IMG/VR virus record: IMGVR_UViG_3300020043_006244
Span: 1 to 37,789 of that record
Direction: 5' to 3' (one strand)
Length of the DNA stretch: 37,789 bases
From: a virus
Taxonomy: Duplodnaviria; Caudoviricetes
The notes under the pieces were generated by a model that had not been told where the DNA came from, did no database searches, and saw only the letters and a list, made by a program, of their open reading frames with translations. The translations under genes were made by a program, and so were the position numbers. Positions 17,494 through 25,934 of this stretch are shown here, piece after piece. Positions within the stretch are counted from its first letter, which is position 1. Each line of letters starts with the position of its first letter.

Positions 17494-19290
17494 CTAGGTC
17501 ACGGGTTGGGGTAGCTGGGGCTTGGGAGCGTTTACCGTGTGGGAGAGTTCCATAGGGGAGAACACTCCAGTTTCCTCAAGTACTTTATTGAGTACGAGGC
17601 GTGCGTTGTCGAAGTCTTGCATCGAAGCGAGCTGCTGGAAGACAGTGGAGAGTGTGGTGAGGGTCGCTTCTTTGTTGTGTGTTTCATTGGTGACTTCAAC
17701 CTCACAATCCCATTCAAAGCCTTCAAATGCTTGTTTCCATGTTTTGTCGTCGCTGTCTGATGGGGAGAAGTATCGCTGGTTGCCCATTGGCTTGAGTTCC
17801 TGCGTCACAGCAGCTTCAGCATTGGGGAGGTCGGAGGTTGCTGGGAAAGGAGTGTCGCTGTCGAGCGGAGCTGCTGCCAATGCGAACATCTCCTTCTTGA
17901 TACGGGCATTTTCTCGGCGTCGTGCTTCGTTGGGGATGTATGCCTGGTCAATCTCTCGAATGTTGTAGTCGTCGAGGACGGCGACCACCTCGTCCTTTGT
18001 GTCGAGCTGCTTCTTGATGTGGGGGATTACGAACCGTCGCCACATAGCTTCGATGTCGAGACCTTTGTTTTCAGTCATTAACTCAAAGAGCGAGTGGCTT
18101 TCTTGCTGGAGGGCTTCTACCTGTCGAGCAGCGGTACCAGAAGGCATATTATTCCCTTTGATTGCGTCCGGTGTGGAGGTTATGTCAGAGCCAAGAGTTT
18201 GCCATGACTGCTTTGAGTTCATCAAAGAGACAATTTCAGAGGATGAATTGTCGAGCTTGGTGATTGGGGCATTTGGTTCATGGTAGAGGATGGTCCCCGT
18301 ATCGAGCGCATACGAGTTCTGCCCTTGGTAGTTAGGGTCAGCGGTTTGTAGTACTACCTTCGATACAAAGTCGAGAACGTCCTTGATGTTCTTCTCGTTG
18401 TGATTGACCATCCACTGAGCTTCAAACAGATGCTCCACTGCACCAATCCCCATAACGCGCCCATCCTGCTTGATGAGGTGGGTAATCATGTATGGGTCGC
18501 GTTCCTTGCCAGAGTACAGGGTGTGATTCTGCATCTCCCCGTCTTTGTTCTGTACGAAAGAACAGATATGGACCTGCTGCGTGTATGTCTCGTCGTCCTC
18601 GTCGATGTATCCTTCTTCTTTTTCTAACCAGCTAGAGGGAAGTTCACCGTGGACCTCATAAATCTCAATATAGTTCGTTTTGTTGTCCTTCTGCGAGCCT
18701 TCGAGCGTCTCACGAGACTGCGTACTGGTGAGGAGGGATTGTACTACCTCGGGGTCGTATGACTTATTCTTGCGGAGTTGAGATGGTGTGAGGTAGTACT
18801 TTTCAATAACAGGATTCCCTTCAAACTCAATGGAATCAACAATGAGGCGGTTCCAGGGGATGACCTGCGCAGTTAGATCCCCGTCCTTCTCTACGAACTT
18901 GAGTACAGCAGAGCCGTAGGCTGCGAGTGTTCTCCCCCAATCGTTGAGGAATACTCCGAAGTTGCTCTTGCGCATCCACTCCTTGCTTTTAACGTTCGCG
19001 AGCATAGCAATGGTGTGGTCGCTGCTCTTTGTGCCTTTGATGCGGATGTTTGAGCGGTCAATGTCAGTAGCACGGTACCACACGTTTACCGCCGCAGTGA
19101 CGATGTTGAAAAACGGCTTCTCTCTTCCCAGAGCGTCTTCGTCTCCTGTGATGTGTTTACTATTCAAATAGGCGTCAATCTTGTTGACGTTATCTTTTAC
19201 CGAAAAGTCAACGAACTCGCTGAGTTTGCTTTGACCTGTGTTGTAGTCATTCTCGGCGGTGGTTATGAGTTCATAAACGTCTGTGTACAT
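17494..19290 (-). CDS. Portal protein
   Basis: 598 aa directly after TerL; FFNIV, YGSAVLK, GIGAVE, GTAA motifs. Confidence 0.85.
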   Translation of the reverse strand: MYTDVYELITTAENDYNTGQSKLSEFVDFSVKDNVNKIDAYLNSKHITGDEDALGREKPFFNIVTAAVNVWYRATDIDRSNIRIKGTKSSDHTIAMLANVKSKEWMRKSNFGVFLNDWGRTLAAYGSAVLKFVEKDGDLTAQVIPWNRLIVDSIEFEGNPVIEKYYLTPSQLRKNKSYDPEVVQSLLTSTQSRETLEGSQKDNKTNYIEIYEVHGELPSSWLEKEEGYIDEDDETYTQQVHICSFVQNKDGEMQNHTLYSGKERDPYMITHLIKQDGRVMGIGAVEHLFEAQWMVNHNEKNIKDVLDFVSKVVLQTADPNYQGQNSYALDTGTILYHEPNAPITKLDNSSSEIVSLMNSKQSWQTLGSDITSTPDAIKGNNMPSGTAARQVEALQQESHSLFELMTENKGLDIEAMWRRFVIPHIKKQLDTKDEVVAVLDDYNIREIDQAYIPNEARRRENARIKKEMFALAAAPLDSDTPFPATSDLPNAEAAVTQELKPMGNQRYFSPSDSDDKTWKQAFEGFEWDCEVEVTNETHNKEATLTTLSTVFQQLASMQDFDNARLVLNKVLEETGVFSPMELSHTVNAPKPQLPQPVT

Positions 19291-19292
19291 GG

Positions 19293-20744
19293 TTACTTGG
19301 AAGAGTTAGCCACCAGCTTTCCCCTGTTAATGACGAACTGTTGTGATACTTTCTGACGTGCCTTTTCGCGTTCCGGGGAGTCGAGTACAGCTTCTTTCTG
19401 GAGTTCAAACCACATGCGATAAATGATCGTATCGCCGATGTCCGGACTGCGGCCCAGCTCCTCTTTCACATCCTCTTTCTTTTTGATAGCGAGCTTTGTC
19501 TCCTTGTTGATGTCTCGTTGCCGGAGGAGCGCAGTCAGCTCTTCAATAATTATATCACGCATTTCGGGAATACGAATTGCAATGTGATGCTCGTTTATCA
19601 TTTCAGCGAGCTTAAACGCACATTGCGCTTTGAGGTTAGCGAAGTTACGTCGAGGTATGAGGTCGTGTGTAATCTTAGCGAAGCGCTGGCGTATTTCAGT
19701 TGATGTGGGGAGCGGGGAGCTGTTCGCAACAAAACCTTTCACACCGTGGAGATGGTCCACTACGCCTCCACCAATGCCGTCCTCGTCCACAATGATGTGT
19801 GAGTAGGGGATACGTTCGATGGATGCCTTGTCACGTATCTTTTGATTGGTGACGTCGATTGTCTGGTGCTGGAACTGTTCTACTTTGTACAACTCTAAAC
19901 CGTCCCAGTATGAGAACACTGTGGTGTCCTTGCCCTTCCTGGCTACGTCAACGACCATGTACTTGTGGTTGTCTTTGACGACTGAATTGGAAAATAGATC
20001 AGTAAGTGCGTCGTAAGTAACCAGGCTATCCTGGTCCTCGTCATAGTCCCAGTTGCCTTCAAAGAGACGCTGGCGGCGAACGTTGTCTTTCTCGGTTCGG
20101 AGCGTCTCTACGTAGTCGGCAGGGAGGTAGGGGTTATCAGTGGGGAGTGCGGTTACGAACTTGCGAGAGGGAGGAAGCACACCAGCACGAAAAGGGTCTA
20201 CGAAGTCTCGTTTCATCCATCCTTTCTTTGGGTTGGCGGTGATGAGTAGCTTCTTCTTGAGGTTGTATGTATCGTTCTTCCAGCGACCGATCGAGAGCCA
20301 GAGGTTAGCCTTTGCTGCTTCGGCAATCTCGCCTCCCTCCTCAATCCAGCCACGGGTCATCTGCATCGAGCCGAAGCGTTCATAGAGCGGGTCTGAGGGG
20401 ATTTCCTTGCAGGCTATGAGAAAGACTTTGGAGCCGTTGTGTAGGTAGAAGGCTTTGTCTTGCCCGTTGTATGAGCCGTAGTCTTCGAGTTTGATTCCCC
20501 AGTTCTGAAAGACTTGGTGAATAGTCGGTATAGTAAATTTTACAAGGTCGTTGAGTTCCTGGCGAGCTATGAAAAACATCGTTCCAGGGTATATGAGAGC
20601 ATCGCCGAAGATTGCGGAGGCTCCGAGGAATGACTTGCCTCCTGCCTTAGCTCCACCGTAGAGTATCTGTTCTGTGGTGTCGTCTATCCAGTATTCGAGG
20701 GCTTCGAGCTGTTTTGTGTTTTTGGTAGCAAAGGTTAGTTCCAC
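19293..20744 (-). CDS. terL: Terminase large subunit
   Basis: YGGAKAGGKS Walker A, WIEE Walker B, TANP, VDVARKGKD and SPDIGD nuclease motifs. Confidence 0.95.
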   Translation of the reverse strand: MELTFATKNTKQLEALEYWIDDTTEQILYGGAKAGGKSFLGASAIFGDALIYPGTMFFIARQELNDLVKFTIPTIHQVFQNWGIKLEDYGSYNGQDKAFYLHNGSKVFLIACKEIPSDPLYERFGSMQMTRGWIEEGGEIAEAAKANLWLSIGRWKNDTYNLKKKLLITANPKKGWMKRDFVDPFRAGVLPPSRKFVTALPTDNPYLPADYVETLRTEKDNVRRQRLFEGNWDYDEDQDSLVTYDALTDLFSNSVVKDNHKYMVVDVARKGKDTTVFSYWDGLELYKVEQFQHQTIDVTNQKIRDKASIERIPYSHIIVDEDGIGGGVVDHLHGVKGFVANSSPLPTSTEIRQRFAKITHDLIPRRNFANLKAQCAFKLAEMINEHHIAIRIPEMRDIIIEELTALLRQRDINKETKLAIKKKEDVKEELGRSPDIGDTIIYRMWFELQKEAVLDSPEREKARQKVSQQFVINRGKLVANSSK

Positions 20745-21034
20745 AAAAGTTTTTCACGGTTGATTATTTTGATGCGGCGATACCATGGTAATTTTACTAT
20801 TTTGGTATGCTTCAACCAATAGTCTAACTGTCTTACTCTATAGTCTCCTAGGGTTTCATTTTTCTTCCGCTCTATTGCAGGAGTGTAGGCCATAGGATTA
20901 TCCGGGATTGGTACGGATGGGTCGCCAGTGCTTTCAATAAAGAATTGCTTGGATAGATAGAAAAATGCGGTTTCTAAGTCGCCATATCTCTTGATGGCGT
21001 ATACTTCGTGATTGTGCAAAGGACGTTCTTTCAT
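20735..21034 (-). CDS. Hypothetical protein inserted between terS and terL
   Basis: 99 aa, overlaps both neighbours. Confidence 0.6.
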   Translation of the reverse strand: MKERPLHNHEVYAIKRYGDLETAFFYLSKQFFIESTGDPSVPIPDNPMAYTPAIERKKNETLGDYRVRQLDYWLKHTKIVKLPWYRRIKIINREKLLWN

Positions 21035-21456
21035 TGCGGAATGATTTTCATGCCAGTTATAGCAATAGCCTCACCGTCCTTTCCGGTATGCTCGGTTCGT
21101 TCAGAGTACTTGGTTTTGCCTAGTCCTTTAGCAACCAATGTGACGGCTTTCATCTGATTGGCAATGAGGGCGTTGTCTATCTTCCCTTCCTCGTCTACAG
21201 GCTCTAAATCTAGTATTTGATCGAGTCTGTCCTCGGCTTTCTTGAGGCGGCGTGTGTCACTGACACTTTCCGTCAACCAGTCAAGATCTCTAGCGAGTAT
21301 ACTTTCGCTGTATTCCTGGGAGTAGCCTGCCTTTAAGCCGGATTGCAAAGCGTTGGAAAACGTTGGGCTTTTAGGGTCGAGGTAGTACTGGAGAAATAAG
21401 CGTTGGCGAGGGTCGTCTACGTATTGGTTGCTATTGTAGGGTTTTTTGTTCTTCAT
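21031..21456 (-). CDS. terS: Terminase small subunit
   Basis: RQRLFLQYY, NALQSGLKAGYS, EHTGKDGEAI. Confidence 0.85.
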   Translation of the reverse strand: MKNKKPYNSNQYVDDPRQRLFLQYYLDPKSPTFSNALQSGLKAGYSQEYSESILARDLDWLTESVSDTRRLKKAEDRLDQILDLEPVDEEGKIDNALIANQMKAVTLVAKGLGKTKYSERTEHTGKDGEAIAITGMKIIPQ

Positions 21457-21740
21457 GGGAGTTGTGGAGATTCAATCTTATTCCCAAGATCGTCAAAAAG
21501 GTAGGCGCCGTTAACATCGCAGCCAGGTCCCGTGAAGATTATGTGTGTCACTTTTCCGTATTTAGGATGCCCCGTTTGGAGTTCATTGCGTAGCGTGGCT
21601 GTTATGCCTGTTGGTAGGTAAATCTCGCCAACGTATTTTTTATATAATCGTCTTATGAAACGTTTGTACCATGGTCTGTAGTACGCAGGCCAGATTGAGA
21701 GGTTGCCGTCTATGTCTTTAATTCCTTTCTTGTGCGCCAT
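21453..21740 (-). CDS. Hypothetical protein
   Basis: Likely start MAHKKG at 21740; ATGA overlap with terS. Confidence 0.6.
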   Translation of the reverse strand: MAHKKGIKDIDGNLSIWPAYYRPWYKRFIRRLYKKYVGEIYLPTGITATLRNELQTGHPKYGKVTHIIFTGPGCDVNGAYLFDDLGNKIESPQLP

Positions 21741-21891
21741 AGTCTTGTACAAGTTTAGCGTATTTATAGTTCTTGCAGCCGTCACATACAGTGATGTTCT
21801 TAGGAGCGGGGGCTTTGCAGTATTCGCAGCAAGGGTTTAGGAAGAAGTTTGTTTGTGGTTGGTCTTCTGTGTAGAGTTTCTCCTGTTCCAT
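21718..21891 (-). CDS. Small Zn-finger protein (57 aa)
   Basis: MEQEKLY, CEYC, CDGC; TATAAT just upstream. Confidence 0.6.
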   Translation of the reverse strand: MEQEKLYTEDQPQTNFFLNPCCEYCKAPAPKNITVCDGCKNYKYAKLVQDYGAQERN

Positions 21892-22029
21892 TTTGCTGTA
21901 TTATACACTAAAATCGCTTCGCTATCATCTTCAGAACTGTGTCAAGTATCTGCTCGGGGGTTAGCTCGTCGTCGATGACAACTTGATAAAGTTCGTTGAC
22001 TTCATCGTATAACTCTTCCACGCATACTA

Positions 22030-22257
22030 TTATCCAATGGTGGGGTGTGTGGTGTCAACGTTCACCTCGACGGGACGGTAGCGCTTTGGCACGTCGATTC
22101 CTTTGCGGAGGGTTTCGATGTAGTTCTGTTGGAGGTCATACTGCCGCTTGAGGTCTTGGTGGGTGAGTATCAGTGCTTGGTATTTTCTGAGGAGGTATTT
22201 GCTTTTTTCTACTTGGTCGAGGTATTTGTTGTAGTAGCGGTGTTCGTTATGGGACAT
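22030..22257 (-). CDS. Hypothetical protein
   Basis: 75-aa coiled coil. Confidence 0.6.
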   Translation of the reverse strand: MSHNEHRYYNKYLDQVEKSKYLLRKYQALILTHQDLKRQYDLQQNYIETLRKGIDVPKRYRPVEVNVDTTHPTIG

Positions 22258-22272
22258 GATTAGTTATTATAT

Positions 22273-22674
22273 CTATGGCTGTGACGCTCCATCGCCAAAA
22301 TGAAGGATATAATCCTTTCCTTTGTCCGCTTTACGAGCAGTTAGGCCATAAGTCGCTTTGCCTTTCTTGTCTAGTATTGTAACTGACGTGGCTTCCTGTT
22401 TGATCACCCTGCCACCGAAGTAGTCATCTACATACACGGCCACATCGTCAGAAAGTTTGATTTGAGCGGAGCCGGATGCCCAGGATATTACATTGTCCAA
22501 GTAACCTTTAGTTAAGTAATCGTTTCTAGTCTTTACTAAGGCGTCTGATAGTTCTATTAGAGTTCTTAAATGCATCTTAAAATCAGTTGCCTGGGCCAGC
22601 TGCGCTTTGAGGTTTTCTATCTTCTCGTCCTTCTGTTTCACGATACCGTCGTGCTTCCTTTTTGTTATGAACAT
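22273..22674 (-). CDS. Hypothetical protein
   Basis: 133-aa ORF. Confidence 0.7.
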   Translation of the reverse strand: MFITKRKHDGIVKQKDEKIENLKAQLAQATDFKMHLRTLIELSDALVKTRNDYLTKGYLDNVISWASGSAQIKLSDDVAVYVDDYFGGRVIKQEATSVTILDKKGKATYGLTARKADKGKDYILHFGDGASQP

Positions 22675-22710
22675 AGCTCATGTTTTACGCTTGATAATCC
22701 CTATGGCTGT

Positions 22711-22826
22711 GATGAGTGGCCTGCGCCTAGAGCCAAGTGCGTGTACTTTGCACACAGAACGTATCGAACGTTCCACCTCGTAAGGTGCTTTCCCAAAGTT
22801 GTCGCTCTAGGGGTAGACCACCCATC
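22711..22826 (-). ncRNA. Putative structured RNA module (multibranch, 116 nt)
   Basis: GATGGGTGGTCT/AGGCCACTCATC and CTAGAGC/GCTCTAG close hairpins CACCT-TACG-AGGTG, GAACG-TTCGATA-CGTTC, TGTGTGC-AAA-GTACACG. Confidence 0.65.
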
Positions 22827-22851
22827 CTTTAATCACCAATCTTGGTGTTAC

Positions 22852-23265
22852 TTATCTTTTACCCGCTTCGAGAATTGGGAGTCCTGCTTCTGTTGGAATA
22901 TAGATAACTTGGTGTTCTCCTGCGGTTACGTTTTGAATCCAAAGGTATCGCAAATAGTCCTCGTTATCTTTTAGTCCTTGCCCGATAATCTCGTTCGCTT
23001 GTGCTACTCCCCTTGCCCGTTCTACTTCTGATTCAGCGAGTAGCTTCGCACTATCTAGGTGTGCCTGTGCCTCTCGTACCGCTATCTGTCGATTGTATTC
23101 AGCTTGTGCGAGTTCCGCCTTCCCTGATTGTTCTGCACTAAACACCTTGAACCACTGGTAGCCCCAGATTATCACTACGAATAAGAGAGCGACTGAGATA
23201 ATTGTTGCGTATATCCACTTGTTCTCAGTTGCGTATATCCACTTGTTCTCATTTGATGAATTCAT
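22852..23265 (-). CDS. Membrane-anchored SPFH/band-7-like coiled-coil protein
   Basis: One TM; AEVERARGVAQANEIIG-like, YLRYLW, VIYIPTEAGLPILEA. Confidence 0.75.
   Translation of the reverse strand: MNSSNENKWIYATENKWIYATIISVALLFVVIIWGYQWFKVFSAEQSGKAELAQAEYNRQIAVREAQAHLDSAKLLAESEVERARGVAQANEIIGQGLKDNEDYLRYLWIQNVTAGEHQVIYIPTEAGLPILEAGKR
23204..23251. repeat. Perfect 24-bp tandem duplication (ENKWIYAT x2)
   Basis: GTTGCGTATATCCACTTGTTCTCA twice. Confidence 0.95.
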
Positions 23266-23304
23266 ATTTTATTTATTATAATCCTTTAACCACCCATCCT
23301 GCTG

Positions 23305-23475
23305 TTACTTTAGTAAATTCCCTAGGCTCCAATGAATAATGACGATCCATGCGATACCACCTATGCCGTGCAACACGATGTTCGGCCATGGTTCCCCAGG
23401 AGCTAATGCTGTCATAAACAGCCCCCACGCCCAAACAAGTAGTACAAAAGATACAATGATTTTGAATTTCTCCAT
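23305..23475 (-). CDS. Small two-TM membrane protein (56 aa)
   Basis: MEKFKIIVSFVLLVWAWGLF...; fills gap. Confidence 0.6.
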   Translation of the reverse strand: MEKFKIIVSFVLLVWAWGLFMTALAPGEPWPNIVLHGIGGIAWIVIIHWSLGNLLK

Positions 23476-23476
23476 A

Positions 23477-23821
23477 CTATTTGCTGTTTAACTCTGATAT
23501 ATCTACACCGTACTTTTGGGATTTCTTTATATATTGCTCTAGGGTATTTTCGTTAATTATATCGCTACGGGCTTCCTTTGGTGCCATAAGACGTAGTTCG
23601 TATCCATATAGCGAGCCCTGCAAAATACCCCTCTCCCTCTCATACTGCTCGGCTTGGGACTTTAGGGCTTCGATGACCGCAGTACGATGTATGTATACAC
23701 CTACTGGCATTTCTCCTGCGTGGTCTTTTATTATTGGCCTGAGAGCGTCTACAATACCTTCTATATCTGGGGTGGTGTGTGTGTTCATGACCTCTTCTGT
23801 TTTTTCTGGGTTCGGCTTCAT
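23477..23821 (-). CDS. Hypothetical protein
   Basis: 114 aa; TATACT just upstream. Confidence 0.65.
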   Translation of the reverse strand: MKPNPEKTEEVMNTHTTPDIEGIVDALRPIIKDHAGEMPVGVYIHRTAVIEALKSQAEQYERERGILQGSLYGYELRLMAPKEARSDIINENTLEQYIKKSQKYGVDISELNSK

Positions 23822-23836
23822 ATCTCTTGAGTATAC

Positions 23837-23867
23837 AAAAAAAAAAGGCCCCCGAGAATGGGGGCCT
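23837..23867 (-). terminator. Rho-independent terminator
   Basis: GGCCCCC-ATTCTC-GGGGGCC followed by T10. Confidence 0.85.
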
Positions 23868-23880
23868 GTGTATAACTAGT

Positions 23881-23909
23881 TTGTACTGGTAGTCCTTGTG
23901 TAGTATAAC
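23881..23909 (+). promoter_or_regulatory. Sigma70-type promoter of the large RNA
   Basis: TTGTAC-17 nt-TATAAC, 7 nt before first helix. Confidence 0.75.
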
Positions 23910-24436
23910 ATGTTTGGATGGTTGGTTCCGTGCAGGTACACGTCGTACTGCCCGAAAAGGCGGAGAGTTAAACACTCAAAGTAAACTATAGTCCCTTTAT
24001 TGAGGACTGACGGTACCTGCACCGAGCTAGTCATCAATGGTTGGTTCTTGGTGCTGGGGCTTTCTAATAAGTGTCCACTCCCGAAAGGGTAGACGTGGGG
24101 AGCATTTATACAAGAGGAGTGCACTCGTGGTTGAAACTACCACCCCTTGCATCACGAGCCAGTCATTAGGTGGCACGTCGCACGTAGAACGTATGAAAGA
24201 GCACATGCGTTCTATGTGGGGCGGTTCTTTGAAAGTAGGAAGGGGGGAGTAGGCTGAAATAGGTACAGTCGTAGACACTACGGTGGGGTTAAGGGCTAGG
24301 CCAGCTCTCCCTGTTGCAAGGTGACAGACACGTATCAGGTTAGACGGTTGCGAGCCCGTTAAATAGGGATGCCTCCCACGTGCAAATCCTTGCCTCCCCC
24401 TTCCTGCCCACAAAGAGCAGGAGAAGGAGCGTACAA

Positions 24437-24538
24437 ATGGCAAAGAAAGGCGAACGGCAAGAGGCCCCTCGTGCTCGTATACGAGGGGTTTTGTGTGTTA
24501 AAATGACGAGGGGCCGAATGGCCCTGCAACCACAATAA
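24437..24538 (+). CDS. 33-aa basic peptide at the 3' end of the RNA unit
   Basis: AGGAGAAGGAG SD then MAKKGERQEAPRARIRGVLCVKMTRGRMALQPQ. Confidence 0.45.
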   Translation: MAKKGERQEAPRARIRGVLCVKMTRGRMALQPQ

Positions 24539-24592
24539 CGCGTCGGGAGCAATCTTTTTGCAACTGTGTCTCGACACCAGTTTCAATCACAT

Positions 24593-24615
24593 AGACCACC
24601 TTCGGGTGGTTTTTT
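24593..24615 (+). terminator. Rho-independent terminator
   Basis: AGACCACC-TTCG-GGTGGTTT plus T-tract; cUUCGg loop. Confidence 0.85.
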
Positions 24616-24621
24616 GTGTAC

Positions 24622-24648
24622 AGAAAAAGCGCGGGTTGGAACCGCGCC
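24622..24648 (-). terminator. Rho-independent terminator after alpA-like gene
   Basis: GCGCGG-TTCCAAC-CCGCGC-TTTTTCT. Confidence 0.75.
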
Positions 24649-24655
24649 TCGCCCC

Positions 24656-24853
24656 CTACGTGGGAGCCTGTCTCTGTGCAAGGCGTTGTGAGAGCCACTC
24701 GTCAATTTCACTCTCCACCCAACCAACGCGAGAGGTGTGATGTGTCCCGAGCTTGCAGCGTCGCGGAAACTTCCCAACCTTTTCGAGTCGGTCGATGTGA
24801 GCAAAGCTGATTAAGCAGCGTTCACGGACAACCTTTTTCGACAGTAGTTTCAT
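24656..24853 (-). CDS. alpA: AlpA family DNA-binding protein (excisionase-like)
   Basis: LEKVGKFPRRCKLG, RVGWVESEIDEWL; strong SD AAAGGAG. Confidence 0.85.
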   Translation of the reverse strand: MKLLSKKVVRERCLISFAHIDRLEKVGKFPRRCKLGTHHTSRVGWVESEIDEWLSQRLAQRQAPT

Positions 24854-24937
24854 CAGAGTGCTCCTTTGGAAGGAGACACACCGATGTGCCTCGGGTTTAG
24901 CCTTGGCGGGGCGTAGTGTATTGGGGCTGTAAAAAAA

Positions 24938-25129
24938 CTACAAGCTCCCGCTCCTGCTCCTGCTCTTGCTCCAGCTCGTGCTACTGCTCCTGCTCCTGCT
25001 CCCGCTCCCGCTCCCGCTCCAGCTCGTGCCTCCGCTCCTGCTCCCGCTCCAGCTCCAGAACCAGCTCCCGCTCCCGCTCTTGCTCCTGCTCTTGCTCCAG
25101 CTCCTAAGATTGCTTAGTAGGCAAATCAT
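24938..25129 (-). CDS. Ser-X dipeptide repeat peptide (SW/SR/SK/SG)
   Basis: About 27 hexamer units N-N-G-AGC; start overlaps upstream gene. Confidence 0.5.
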   Translation of the reverse strand: MICLLSNLRSWSKSRSKSGSGSWFWSWSGSRSGGTSWSGSGSGSRSRSSSTSWSKSRSRSGSL

Positions 25130-25445
25130 GGTTCCATGGAGTTATTTCGACAAATGTCTGGGTGTTTAGCCATGTTTGTCCTATTGGTTCAACTTCGTGC
25201 AGATTACCGTCTTTAATTGCTTGCATATATCGCCCACTGTCGGCTACCCATGAGGCAGTAGAAAGCTCCAAAAGGTTGCCGAGCACCTTTTCGACCTTGC
25301 CGACGAAATGGTAGGTGACGGTGCGGATAAATAGTTTCTTCCCAACAAAATCTTGTAGGGTCGATATATCTACTAGTTCTTCTGTAGAAAGGTCACCCTT
25401 GATCTTATCGTATGTCTCGTCAGAAATGGTTATTGTTTTTGGCAT
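25104..25445 (-). CDS. Protein with RHH/VapB-like N-terminus and small beta-barrel (Sm/SH3-like, DUF6948-like) domain
   Basis: MPKTITISDETYDKIK; FVGKKLFIRTVTYHFVGKV, LELSTASWVADSGR. Confidence 0.7.
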   Translation of the reverse strand: MPKTITISDETYDKIKGDLSTEELVDISTLQDFVGKKLFIRTVTYHFVGKVEKVLGNLLELSTASWVADSGRYMQAIKDGNLHEVEPIGQTWLNTQTFVEITPWNHDLPTKQS

Positions 25446-25469
25446 AATGTTTTGTAATGGGTAATGAAC

Positions 25470-25934
25470 TCAGAATACCAGAGAGTACACATGCTTCTCG
25501 TAGTTGTCCACAACCTGACGTAGCTCGGGTTTGTAGTCGTACCTGTTATAAATACCGCCTACTCCCGCCATAGTCCTTGAAACATGGTTGAGGAGCCGTT
25601 CAGTGAGGTGTATTGGCGTTCCCAGTTGGGCGTGGAGTGAAGAGAATGTGCGTCGTAGGTCGTGGATTTGGTAAGGCGGTAGGGCAGTCTGTTCGTCGAA
25701 GCGTATTTTATTCGTAGACCATGCGGAGAAGCAGGAACGCCCTGCAGGGAAGAGGTACGTGGAAGTGTGTGGAATGGTAGCGAAGATGCTTCGGGTGTAT
25801 TCTCCGATGGGGAAGGTGTGCTCTCGTTTGTTTTTCGTAACAGTTTGTGGAAGTGTGATAGTAGTGTCCGAAACATAGGACCATTGTAGCATGGCAATCT
25901 CTCTGCTTCGTTGTCCAGTGAGAAGTATTTTGAT
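25470..25934 (-). pseudogene. int: Tyrosine integrase, catalytic domain only
   Basis: ILLTGQRSREI (box I Arg, upstream of ATG 25892), TKNK, HDLRRT, LLNH, IYNRY; in-frame TGA at 25935-25937; no N-terminal domains. Confidence 0.85.

Larger units (their letters stand above)
23916..24615 (+). ncRNA. Large multi-domain structured RNA (core 23917-24418); GOLLD/ROOL-class candidate or novel
   Basis: Own promoter and terminator; helices of 23, 19, 15 and ~17 bp with many G-U pairs valid only on + strand; GNRA and T-loop-like hairpins; no credible long ORF. Confidence 0.8.

Noticed and set aside
24237-24405. tmRNA, RNase P or group I/II intron identity for the large RNA
   Set aside because: No CCA acceptor end or tag ORF, no GAGGAAAGUCC, no domain V or P7 motif seen, and no interrupted gene
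23876-24586. Several 70-138 aa ORFs in the RNA locus
   Set aside because: No recognisable motifs, mutually overlapping; G-U-rich helices explain the region better
24943-25103. CRISPR array or DGR repeat
   Set aside because: Hexamer microsatellite without spacers; no cas or reverse transcriptase gene in the window
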